DNA of 62,206 nucleotides, filler included, from Phoronis australis (Eukaryota > Animalia > Phoronida), in assembly GCA_002633005.1 (NCBI GenBank). It is 9 parts of 9 records of this genome, joined end to end, with 100 filler letters (N's around TTAATTAATTAA, not from the genome) between each part and the next. Parts side by side here need not be neighbours in the genome. Positions count along the whole stretch, not along the records: positions 47,834 to 52,359 come from NMRA01002564.1; positions 52,460 to 56,191 come from NMRA01002867.1; positions 56,292 to 58,903 come from NMRA01003556.1; positions 59,004 to 62,206 come from NMRA01003151.1; 5 more parts are not named here. The stretch is one strand, 5' to 3'. The notes beneath the pieces were generated by a model that had not been told where the DNA came from, did not search any database, and worked only from the letters and a program-made list of their open reading frames with translations. This document shows, piece after piece, positions 50,772 to 62,206 of this stretch (its first letter is position 1; each line of letters begins with the position of its first letter). A program made the position numbers and the translations under genes.

Positions 50772-53700
50772 GTGAGTATATCCAGAACCAGAATGGAAGA
50801 CAACACAAGTATACTGCTCCTACCGTCAATATGACATTTCGTGTTACTGCTTTTTGCGTACTATCTTGATTGTAGGCTGTTTTTCGTTGTCGACCAGATA
50901 CGGTAGTTCACTTCCTTTTTAGCAAGATCAAGGAAAATCGTACATACAATTTATTCACCTACTTTAACAGAAACAAGTTATTTGGCCGCTCTGAAGCAAA
51001 TATCAGAATGTCCTAGGTGTGTATGAAGCACTGTTGCCAAGGCCCTGCAGGAGGCACATGCGAGTCATTTTGTACAGGCGCGCCCTGATGCTCCGACTAC
51101 ACGTATATGTTCACCTTCAATGTTTTTAAACAAGACACGAAACCATTTTTGACAAACCGTGTAGCCAGCGACACTCCAGTAGAAATAAAAAGTTAGTATT
51201 AAAAGGTACAATTTTTAGAATTCGCAATTTTTCTACTAAAGCGAACTAGCAGCACACGTTCTTTTGCACAATATCACCCAAAGAGAGTTGCCCTATACTT
51301 CAGATGTAAACTAGACATGCTGTCTTTTTCAATTAAAACATTCAAGGCGAGCTTATATCCGGAGCACCGTACATGTGTAATTGTTCTACTGAAATGATTC
51401 GCATATGGCGCCTGGGCTCCGCAATTAGGCGCAGTTCCGTAATCAGGCGCATGCAATCCATTATGTACACTTACAGTAGGCGTCATTTTACACCCATTGC
51501 TTTTTCCGTCAATAATGCACTAGACAAGACACTATAAGTTGGCTATAAAATCGTTCCTACTCAACTTTCACCGTGCACGTTTCACTACCGGAAATTAACA
51601 GTAAGGCAAACCCAACCCAAATATTTGCAAAAAATCAACAATTTTCAACGTAAAATAAGTGTAGTGGTGGGAGACCCAGTAAAAAATCAATTAATCGCTT
51701 TATTTTTCTCGTTAAGCTGGCAAAACCAGTTAAAAATATTCATGAGTACATGTTTAATCTAGCCCGGTTTTGTTTAAAGCTGGACTTACCTCAGTTTCGC
51801 TCGCTACAAAAACCTAATTAGATCCTCTACTCTGATAAAATAGTAATTCGTATCACGATAGGATTCTACTCCCGTTACCAACAAGAACATCAAAGCCATC
51901 AACAACTCATGAAAAAAGGCTCTGGAACTTATTGAGGGGTTGGCCAATCCTAAAATTGCTGATTCACGGGCGTTTGTGCGTGCGTGTGGCTCGAGTTGCG
52001 GCTCACTCAGAAGTAAAGATCAAATGAGCGTGGCAATGGTTTTATTTCTTTGGTTAAAAATTCAACACTTACTGCTGCTTATGGACGGAATTCAACCCCA
52101 GATTCTCTGGTGACTAGTCTTAATTTGATCGAGATTTCGTGCTGTATTTCCGGTTCTCCTCGACAGACCTTTTCTGAAATTCGGTATGTAGATGGACTAT
52201 CTCAAGCGCTGAAAGCATCGAACTCGTTCTTCGCTGCAACTTGCCACTTACGAGTTATTAGAGAACTATTAGTGACATTTCTGTTCTCTTCTTGAAAAAT
52301 CCTCTCTGCACTTGGCCTGTTCTATACCAGTCGCGCTACATTTCAGTGGCGGATCTAGGNNNNNNNNNNNNNNNNNNNNNNNNNNNNNNNNNNNNNNNNN
52401 NNNTTAATTAATTAANNNNNNNNNNNNNNNNNNNNNNNNNNNNNNNNNNNNNNNNNNNNTTAATGCAAACACCAAACTTCTGATCTGCCTTAGGTTTGTA
52501 ATTACCATGTTGCTAATCCAATACAACAGTATCTCGTAGTCGTTTGTTTCATTTTTCTCATAAAAAATAGAATGAGATAACCCAAACCCGGTTATATTCA
52601 GGATAATACAATCGTAAGAATGTTCCAGGGCTGAAGATTATCAACAGACGTACAATTGTTAGCTGTTTATGTTTACTCTATATGTCTAATGTGAAATGTG
52701 TAAACAACAGAAGAACAAGACAAATTCAACACTTTTTCAAAAAAAAAAGTGGTGGCAATGAAGCACAACAGAGTTTTTTTGCATTTTAACCGCCCTGAAC
52801 AATTTTGCTTTCCAATCATGATGGGATTTTATACAGTTACAACTAGTTACGCCAAACTCTTCTTCAGGTAAAATCCATGTGTAAGCATTGCTTATTGAAT
52901 TTGTTTATTGTATATGGAGATCCCTAAACTAAGTAAGTGAAAATGTAATCAGCAATCAGCGAGTCAATGTCCCGCTTTGGCGATGCCACTTTAAGTTGTG
53001 ATTTCAGTTAGTAATTCACCAATATTTAAGAATGAAAGACCTAAGTTCATTAAGTTTCTTCCTGAAAAACACTGTGAAGCTTATTTTGTCAAAATTTTAG
53101 GTTTGAAGCTTTTGTAAATTATATCTGAGATGTTTACTACAGCTATTTATGACCAAATAGACCACGACATTGAACAAAGAACTAGTAAAAAAGACAGTTT
53201 TACAAACTCAAATTTTATCCAGAACGTGATGGACCTTGATGGTTCTCATTAGATAAAAGAATATCTTTTTTGTGGCACTAGACGCTTTTTGTTGGTAAAG
53301 AGTATACCTTAATTTCATACCAAAGTTCTGAAGTTGGCAAGCTGTGATTTAGCATTCCCTTTGCATACGCACGGCACCAATGAGATAATTTTGTGATTCA
53401 TTCATTCTGTTGAAAGTGGTATAAAGTTGCCTGGTATAAAAAACGAGTGTAATTTTTAAAGAACCACCTGTGTAAGCGTTCTATATGAGTAGGCCTATTT
53501 ATATATCTTTCTTGGGGTGATATCTTCATCCGGCCCCGGCAGTCAGTTGCACAACCATACTTCAGTGACAACACGATAAAAATATTCATCACAGACAAAT
53601 CAACAAGAAACATATACAGTGTAGTTGGTAACTGTTCCAGTAAAAGTTCAAACATTACAATGAACTAAGTGCCGACCCTTAAACTAGAATCGAAGTGGTA

Positions 53701-55033
53701 ATGGAAATACCTTCATACGGACTTGGCGGCTGTCGTTTGGAAGCGCTAGGCTTACTGTCAAACCTTACAGAGTACGTATCGCCCTGCAGACCTACGTAAC
53801 CAGTCACTTTCGTTAACCCCTAAAACAAAATGATTATGTGCCTACCTCGGGCTCCACAACACGCCCAAATCACTAGCATGAATTTCAACTTCAACCAACC
53901 CTTCTGTGTCACCCAAGTCTACGATCACATCGGATCTATAATACTATTTTTATCCATCGCACACTAGAAAACCGGTTTTCCAACTCCCTTTTGTTGTTGC
54001 TGCTATTTGTTCACAAGGTCAACGTTGGCAAGTGCTAGTGTGCGAAATTGCACGCGGAATGCTCGCGCTCTCTCTCGCGCCTTTTTGCCATACTAACTTA
54101 TATTTTTGCATTTAAACGCGGGCTTTCACACCCCGGTATTCTGTGACTTTTACTACCTGTCCCCAGCGGTGGAAAGTCCTCTTCGCTAACCTTCTACGTA
54201 GCGTTAGTTTTGGTACAATACCTCAATGCATCATTCGGACAAAAGAAAAATGACGCATGACTAGAGAAAACATAAGAAGTTGAAGGACCGGTTTGGACGA
54301 TAAAAATAGACCACTTGTCCTGGGTGGAAATCTCGCAGTGGTGAAATCATTGGAATGGTGGATTGTGTAAACGGCCGACAGGTAGGATAAAATGTTGAAC
54401 ATTTGGTTCAATACAGTTTCAATGGGCATGATATTGAATTATTGGAGCTGCCACAAACTACCAATGCGAAAAGGAGTCAACCTTTTTCCTTTATTCCACG
54501 ACATATTGTCACTCGAGTGGCTCAAGTAATTTATTCGATTACCATACTGATACTCGTGAAAATCAACCGTGTGATATATCCAAATCAGGCTTGAGATTGT
54601 AGCATAGGTTTGGCTCACGAGTGAACGCCAAGGAGGTGCTATTGATTGAGAAGGTTTGCAAACTGAACCAAGAGCTTCAAATAAAGACGTTGATAGTTTG
54701 CTCAGTCAGTGAACTGTCGCTGTCTTCATAACTAGTGTACCTGGGTATAGTGACACTTGAAGAAATACGTGCAGTTTCAGTCAGTAGGTGAAAATGAATG
54801 TAGCGAATTTATGGAGAACTTTGGTTCCTATGACAGATAATATGGGTTTCTTCTACGTACTTGAAATTATTTTGACCATGGACTTTACTGCACTAGAACT
54901 CCATGTTGGCACTTCCAACAGATATTAAGAGATGTTCCTTTGTGTAACACTTAGCACTGGTGTTGTTTTAAAGTGGTATGTTTGTGTGAAACTTGTTATT
55001 TTTCTACAAATGTACTGGTGAATGAGTCTTTAG

Positions 55034-55198
55034 CAGTGGCGGATTTAGAGGGGGGCCAAGGGGGCCATGGCCCCCCCCCCCCTAAAATTCTCCCAGATTT
55101 CATTTGGCAGTATGGGGGTGCGAATGTCTGACGGGCAAAATCCTGGCTACAATATTCTGCCCTGGCCCCCCTAACTCAAAATGCTGGATCTGCCCCTG
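55034..55198. mobile_element. MITE CAGTGGCGGAT...ATCTGCCCCTG, 5-bp TSD TTTAG
   Basis: TTTAG at 55029-55033 and 55199-55203. A close copy lies at 60385-60542. Confidence 0.85.
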
Positions 55199-56070
55199 TT
55201 TAGTACTAGTAAGTGACACCTTTGTTGTGAATAGTAGTTTATTTAATACCTACTGACACAAAACATTTGATATTAATTCCTTGACCGTACTACACATGGT
55301 TATGTTAAAATATGCAAGGATAAATTTAGGAACACGTCTGGTGTCATTGCCAGGCATAAAAATAATTTCATTGATGCACTGTGATTGCTAAACCTCGGGC
55401 CAACAGGCCCATAACACTTGGAAGCAAAAAGGGACAAAAAACTAACCTGGCCTACAGGCTCGGAAACTTGAGACCTGTTGGGTCAATTCACCCGTACCCA
55501 TGTTTTTCCAAAATGATTCCTGGATATGAATAGCAAAACACGAGAATATTACTGACAAAGGATAGTTTCAATTGGAGTCAAAATCAACAAAGCTCATTCT
55601 CTAAACAAAGATCTGAAAGTCATTTTACAATTTAGCCTTATAACTGAACCACTTAATGCCTTTTGTGTAAACAGTGATTCAGTATAGCCACATATGGAGT
55701 AAGTCAAGAATGGAATTTAATTTTTCCAAATTTCTCAAGAAAAATAATATTCAAAAAGTTTCACTTCATTCATGTGTGTACAGCATTGTGCTGCATAAAT
55801 GTGTACAAGCAACCCAGCCAGGACAGGATTTTGAGCATTTGCAACAATGTAGTCAGTTTTTTAACCAAAAGCTGAGATTTTGAGCTTTTCTTAAATTTCT
55901 TTTATATTATTTAAGAACCTTTGCTTCAACAGTGTTCTACTGTCTGGTGTCAGGGTTAAAAATATGAATGGATTCGGTTTAAGTTTTGATATTGATGTGT
56001 GTTGTATTTAATTGTTTTTGTAGGTAATCATTGGTGTCTTTTTGTTTTAGATAAATTTTCTCTAAGAATC

Positions 56071-56134
56071 ATGGCCATTCTGTCGTCAATGGATCTCTAC
56101 ATCTTGGTTGGAGTGACTGTATTATTTCTGACAG
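56071..56134 (+). CDS. Putative signal-peptide exon (MAILSSMDLYILVGVTVLFLT) of an unidentified gene
   Basis: Acceptor tttgttttag ending at 56050, atcATGG context, hydrophobic peptide and a phase-1 donor ACAG|GTAAAT. Confidence 0.5.
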
Positions 56135-56292
56135 GTAAATGATAATTAAAACATCTTTTAATCAGAATGACTTGATTTAACTGCACCCAACNNNNNNNNN
56201 NNNNNNNNNNNNNNNNNNNNNNNNNNNNNNNNNNNTTAATTAATTAANNNNNNNNNNNNNNNNNNNNNNNNNNNNNNNNNNNNNNNNNNNNT

Positions 56293-56675
56293 TCCCTCCA
56301 AGGTCGAATCCTAGGCGCGTGGCGCCGAGCGGGGGAGGCCGGGGGGAGGGGGATTTCCCCTCCCGTGTAAGATATTTTTTGTTTTTGTAGCCAAATAGTG
56401 AAATTTCCATGCATCCTGGTAAGTTTCTGGCACTTAACTTGTCTCTGGAGTTTTTCTTAAGATAATTAAAAACCCTTCAGGATTTCGTCACATGAACTTG
56501 GCACATAAGTTTCGTGAAACCATATTGTGCACATCTGGGTATGAGTCACGCCACCAGCAAAAATTTCTGTTGGAACATCTGCTCACACACACCTTTTTAG
56601 CTTACGAAAAGTCGTATACGAAAAAGTGTGGTGTGTATGCATGGGTTAAGACAATTTCCAAATATTCAAGAGCAT
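56293..56675. mobile_element. Inverted copy of the repeat at 340-735
   Basis: Direct reverse-complement match. Confidence 0.8.
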
Positions 56676-57046
56676 ATTTTAGAGTAAAGAAGCTAGTTAC
56701 TTAAAGAAATCAGCTATAGAACTGCTCTTTCAGGGGTGAATCCATCTAAAATGCTTGGCTACTTCAGAAGTGTCGACGGAAGCGCGCGCACAATAAATCC
56801 CCGCGCATTTTGCCGATGAGTCTCAAAGACTCAGCAATTCACAATGCAAAACAACTATATTTTCAAAGTGAACCCCCCCTCTCAATTTTTTTCCAAATTG
56901 GTTTACTTGGGGTTTACACACGTTGGCGGTGCCGTTTTTGTTTTGCTGGAGACGCTTTTGTTTTTTTTTTAATTTTTGGGTCCTGTCCCGAGGGGGGGTT
57001 TAAACCCCNTTGAATCTCCCCGTAGATCCGCCACTGCCATGATGAC

Positions 57047-57610
57047 TCACCAGAATTTACCAGTTGGTAAATTTGAGCAACTTAGCTGGAATATGATCAC
57101 TACCAGTGGACTTCGGCTTAGAGTCGAGACATTCGATAACTTTTGAGTCGGAGTAGCATGCCTAAAGGAAAAGTTTCCACTCTTCATTTGAGTATTAATA
57201 ACGTGAATACTAAGGTGGTTCGCATAGTGGTCAACACACTTGCTAATAAAACTAAGATTCGTTTGTCTCTGATGAGTATGTGAGATCAACACCGGCCTAT
57301 TTTGGAGGCGGAGTTTCGCACACTATATGACTAGACGGACTAGTAACAATCTCATTTCCAATTCTTAACATAATACTGCTACAATCCTTACTTCCCTTTA
57401 CTGTCAAGAAAGGTTTGATTGTGGGCCAAAAATCCTTATTGTTCGTCCACCCCCCTCACATTTTGTTTTAAAAAAATCACATTGCCGGCTTTCTGATATC
57501 AGCAGTTCCATTTCTTTGTGCACGGTATCGTTCCCAATTTTTGGGACACGGAAATCTTTTATAACGATTGTGTAGCCTCTTTTTGTCTCGAACAGCTTTT
57601 ATCTCACGCT
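57047..57610 (-). mobile_element. Degenerate LINE fragment (region between endonuclease and RT)
   Basis: IKAVRDKKRLHNRYKR..NWERYRAQRN, FWPTIKPFL and YANHLSI..FSF, spread over frameshifted frames. Confidence 0.7.
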
Positions 57611-57777
57611 CACAACCCTCTACGTCCGGTGAAGTCACTGAACGGGAAAACGCCGTCATGCAGTGTTCACGCACCGCATAAGTCTCCTGCATTTTCACGA
57701 AAGACGTCGCTCTAATCTGTCGGCTTACACAGTAAACGAAACCTCCTGAACCGCCATCCGTTCAGTAACGCTAGGAC

Positions 57778-58546
57778 GCAAAAGGTACCCGCTCATCCAA
57801 AACCTTTACGGCTAACAGATGGCGCTTTTCATCAATCACGTGTCATTTTATCGCTCAAGTAAGACTGTCTGCCAGAGAATCTTAACCAAGAACCTTGACC
57901 TACATTCTGCTGCTGCTGACTGTAACCACAGGTCACGAGAGTTCATGAACCAGACAGTGTATGTCCTGATGAGTGGCGAATTTGTGTGGAAAAGAAATCT
58001 TTGTGTCCGACATTCCATGTTTAAAACCCCATTTGTAACAACTACTTATAACATATAATTAAGATGAAAGTGTTAATAATATACGCTGTTGTGGTTGCTC
58101 GGCCTAAACGCTGGGGTAAAATATATATTCAATGAACGTGACCATGGTGAGGCTACTAATCCGGGCCCGGCCACTTTTCCGCCCGGCGACGGAGATTTTG
58201 GCAACTTCACAACCACAATTTTAATAAGGTTGAAATATAACCACTATATTTTTTAAATTATGCTTGAATTATACATGGTGATATACATGTTAGGTTTTAT
58301 TCTCTGCGAGATTTTCTTTTTTTGTTCAGTGTCTCGTTAGCCAACAACACTGACAGACCGGACTGGCCGTGGCACGACACGGCAGCTGATGGTTCACCAA
58401 GTAGTATTTTATGTTCTATCAACACAAGATTCAGTTCACACAAGAATGTCACATGACTGTAAGCAGCGCTGCCTGTTAGTAAAGCATCATTGCATCCAGC
58501 GCCATCTGTTTGCCGTAAAGGTTTTGGATGAGCGGGTACCTTTTGC
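57778..58546. mobile_element. MULE-like MITE, 49-bp TIRs, 9-bp TSD CGCTAGGAC, nested in another MITE
   Basis: TIRs 57778-57826 and 58498-58546. TSD at 57769-57777 and 58547-58555. Confidence 0.9.
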
Positions 58547-58815
58547 CGCTAGGACCTAGCTAAAAAGCAAGACTACGCGAGATTACGTGAGATATTGCCG
58601 TGTATTCGAAGAGAGAACACGTGACTTTGGCCCTGGCGTAGGTCTTATCGTAATGCGCAGGTTGGCACTGTTGTGTGTCACATAATCGCGTGTCAGGTGA
58701 ATGGTACCTTGATTACGTACGCCTACTGGTTAGTTGTTCACGTAGTTGTCACCAAAAGATCTCTGTGCCCCTCTTAGGAGACTGGTTATTTTTATTCTTA
58801 CACAAGTCGTTGAAA

Positions 58816-58903
58816 ATGTCGGCCACAGCTTATTCTGGAGTTATCAACGATATGAAAGAATATTACGGAAAGGACCTGAAAAGTAAAAAGGATTTTAAGA
58901 CTA
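58816..58903 (+). CDS. AS3MT: 5' end of an arsenite methyltransferase-like gene, truncated by the contig end
   Basis: MSATAYSGVINDMKEYYGKDLKSKKDFKT matches the AS3MT/ArsM N-terminal YYGxxLxxxxDLKT motif. Only 29 codons are visible. Confidence 0.6.
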
Positions 58904-60384
58904 NNNNNNNNNNNNNNNNNNNNNNNNNNNNNNNNNNNNNNNNNNNNTTAATTAATTAANNNNNNNNNNNNNNNNNNNNNNNNNNNNNNNNNNNNNNNNN
59001 NNNCTCTTTCTGACCATGAGTTACAGGTTGTACCACTGGGCGTGAAAACGAGGCTTGGGCAGTTGGTTGTTCTGTTGACACAAGCAGATGTGACCGCAGG
59101 TGGCGCTGATGAATACATAAGTTGCCTCAGAAACGAATATTATAAGACACTCCAAGAGTTAGCGCAGTTTACAGACAAGGAAATTTTAAGTGAATGGAAT
59201 CACGGTACGCGTACTGTTCCTATGAATAATAAATAGCATTTCTAACACAGCGGCAAACAATGGAACAGAAATGTGCACATAGACCTAGTGGCTTGCAGCT
59301 AACTTTTGAAGAGTAGTAAACTGCTTCAGGACTCTAGTGGCTGGTGTCAGCAGATCGGAGCAAACGCTCGTATTATTTGATATCTTTGCTACGTTTTCAA
59401 GAAAAAGTGATGCAACAAGTGCTGTACGGCTCATGGGACAACACGTATATTGTTACCTGTGACAGGTAGCTCAGGTGGAGTGCATCGTGTCTCTTATTAT
59501 GATGGTAAAAGTGTGTCAAAACATAATAAATTTTGAGTTACAGAAGTTAAAATTTCATGGCCTCTTATGAAAGAACGCCATGACGTTGCAACACCACTAA
59601 ATAGGCCAACCACACTCCGTGGCCCTTGCATTCTAGTTACTCAGTTCAATGACTCACCTAAACACGGCCGCACTCTCAACACACGAATTACTCAAACTTG
59701 TCGAGACAGTATTTTTTCAGTTGGCCCTAATGCTCCACCGTAGTTACTATATGCATAGAGTTCTAAGTTCTATGCTATATCGAAACATAGAAGAGACGTG
59801 ACACTGAGCTAACTTGTTTCTCTACCGATCACTGCTTATTTTGTGTTTATAATGTCTCAAATTTCGTACATAATATCTTCAATGCATATTTTGCAATGTG
59901 AGAATCGGAAAAGTACTGGTGTTTCGTCATTGTCAGTGAATTTTTCTCGCAAACACTGATTGATGGTGTTCAAGTGTTGTCAATGCGTATAGATGTAGTG
60001 AATGAACTCGGGCGTTATGTAATGGAGTCGTGATCAGTTCTGAAGTTGATTTTACCATAACAAGTTAACAACTTGTATCAGAATGTATACTTTACTAGAT
60101 TTCCTCAGTCCTGCTCATAAACACACAATAGAATGATCTTTGAGTTTGAGTCTAGACCTCGGCCGTAAACAGATAATTAAGCCTCCAATAATAGGCGTAG
60201 GCCTATTGGGCGCTAGGGGGAGGGGCAACTTGTCCCAGTCTCGGACAAAATTGTGGGGAAAATGAGAATTCGTTAAGCGAAATTCAATAAAAGGAACGGG
60301 GAATATTACAGAAGCCCCGGTGACAGTGAAATGTATGAGAACTGAAATGAGTCAGCTATTCAACTGCCCAATAAAATCGTAACA

Positions 60385-60542
60385 CAGTGGCGGATTTAGA
60401 GGGGGGCCAAGGGGGCCATGCCCCCCCCTAAAATTCTCCTTGTTTACATTGGTCAGATGGGGGATGCGAATGTCTGACGGGCAAAATCCTGGCTAATACT
60501 CTGCCATGGCCCCCATAAATCAAAATCCTGGATCCGCCCCTG
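60385..60542. mobile_element. MITE CAGTGGCGGAT...ATCCGCCCCTG, flanks TAACA/CAACA
   Basis: Close copy of 55034-55198 with a 4/5 TSD. Confidence 0.85.
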
Positions 60543-62206
60543 CAACATTCATAAAGTCGTACAGCATCACGACACGCGGCCCAAACAATCAAGGATGTAT
60601 GAACGCATTTAAAAACAATAGCATTAAATAGAATGTGAAGAATGAAAGTTTGAAAAGCTTGAAGAACGCTGAATAATATCTGTTAGTGGCAAAAGGACGA
60701 AATTATCTAAATTTTCACCTGACGATACTATTTCTTTCGAATGTCAGATAACTACCCCGACTTGGTGGAGCCTTCCCGGATCGAGTGCACGCAGTCCGCC
60801 GTTTGTGCGCATGTTTTCTGGACTCACTGACAAGTACGGATTTTAAAGCAAATCTTGCAACTTAGCACGTAGGAAATTGCCATGTTCGAGCAGACTCGAT
60901 ATGTCAGTAGTTCGTTAATTTTTAATTTACATGTTTATAGTATACAAAATGTCTGGAAGTCCTGATTCACACATTATTTTTGCTCTTATAAATAAATCTA
61001 GTGAGAAATGTACGCTTCAGTATGAGTTTTGAGGGAAGTTGGAATTGCATAAAATCGACATCGTTCTGCCAAGTAGTAAATATGAAATTGCTTATGTGAT
61101 TCGTGTAGTGTCTGGTGGACCTAGAATGTCGCAAGGTGGCAACCACGCTTCTGGAAAATGTGACAGTTATCCCTAAAAATCTTTTGGACGCATCCGGCGG
61201 GAGCCTCCTAAGTATGGGTAACGCTTTACCAAATCGGTGTTTCGGTGCAGTTTGACGGAAGTTGAGTGAAATTCGGATAAATGTGCCATGTGCCTCAAAC
61301 GGCAAAGTCCACAAACACCCACGCCTTCAGAAAACATGACAGCCAGTGACCGCGCTTTTGCAAACTTCAAAATGGTGCACGTCCTTCGGGTGTACAAAAT
61401 TGTAAAGCTCTGCATGAAATTTAAAATTTAAAACATTTCGTGTAATTGTGAAAAAGTCTTCAGCAAACCAATTTACTGAAATGTTAAACAGAACTTTGAT
61501 GTCAACCCATTGAATTAAAAGTCCTGTAACCACGGCATAGGTATACAAAAATACGCGCTTTCAGAGCGTAATTTTGGCAGATACAATTTCTCCCCTGCAC
61601 TAGTATACCGTATTGCCGTGTCTTTAGGCCTATGGGTCTGTACCGAAATAATGCTTTTTGCAGTCTTTTTACCCACGTTCTTAACATACTGGCGCATGCG
61701 CCGTTACGCATATAAGCGCAGTTCCTCACCGACTCCCATGGGCTTAATTGCAAGGGAATACGGTAGCCTTGGGGATACTGAACTTTCGATATCAAAGTAC
61801 GAACCAAAATGATGATAGTTGCCTCGACAAGATGGATGTGCACCGCACGCGAAGTGGGAATAAAGAAAAAAAACAAGTAGCAGGTGTCTAAGGGAAACCT
61901 TAATTGTCAAATGCATTTATTGTTTTTGAGTGTTTCGTACTACATGTATTGTTATTATTTTTCCAACTAACGTCGGTGATCAGATCTCAGTTCACTTGTT
62001 TCAACTATTACAATCCAACGAGGACTCTAAGGATATTTTGAAACATTGCTATGAAATTGTAAAATTTATCTAGTAAGAATTATTGTCTTGGATGTTGATC
62101 ACAATCTGTTTACTCCTTACAATTGGTGTATGGTATTCGTAATAACCTGACTGGTCTGTACATGTTTACCATTTTACATGTGATTTATATAAACTACTAC
62201 TATTAA

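Noticed and set aside
59004-62206. ORFs in the last contig, including a PAS-like FVHPKD at ~61390
   Set aside because: They are short and frameshifted, with no supporting domain context. Probably decayed repeat sequence.

Overview
AT-rich, intron-containing animal (probably marine invertebrate) genomic DNA. The window is not one locus: eight identical 100-bp spacers (N44-TTAATTAATTAA-N44) join nine probably unrelated contigs (1-14661, 14762-17630, 17731-30950, 31051-36616, 36717-47733, 47834-52359, 52460-56191, 56292-58903, 59004-62206). Most listed ORFs are spurious, so I rebuilt genes by hand from GT-AG, phase-consistent exons. Genes found: a complete two-exon condensation-domain/CoA-dependent acyltransferase (HxxxDG, 456 aa); partial PDIA5; PSMA3 exons 1-4 head-to-head with a 2-aminoethylphosphonate transaminase (PhnW/AEPT-like) that has a putative mitochondrial leader; the 5' end of an arsenite methyltransferase; a secreted PAN/apple-like exon; and a few orphan exons. 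There are also two disabled gene fragments and many transposon remnants (Kolobok, MULE-like elements with 9-bp TSDs, a MITE family with 5-bp TSDs, LINEs, SINE, HINE-like repeats). The most unusual structure is a 10 x 52-bp tandem array that copies the PSMA3 exon-3 splice acceptor, with an in-frame stop after each extra copy. I cannot establish a wholly new biological system from sequence alone. All family assignments come from motif recognition, not database searches.
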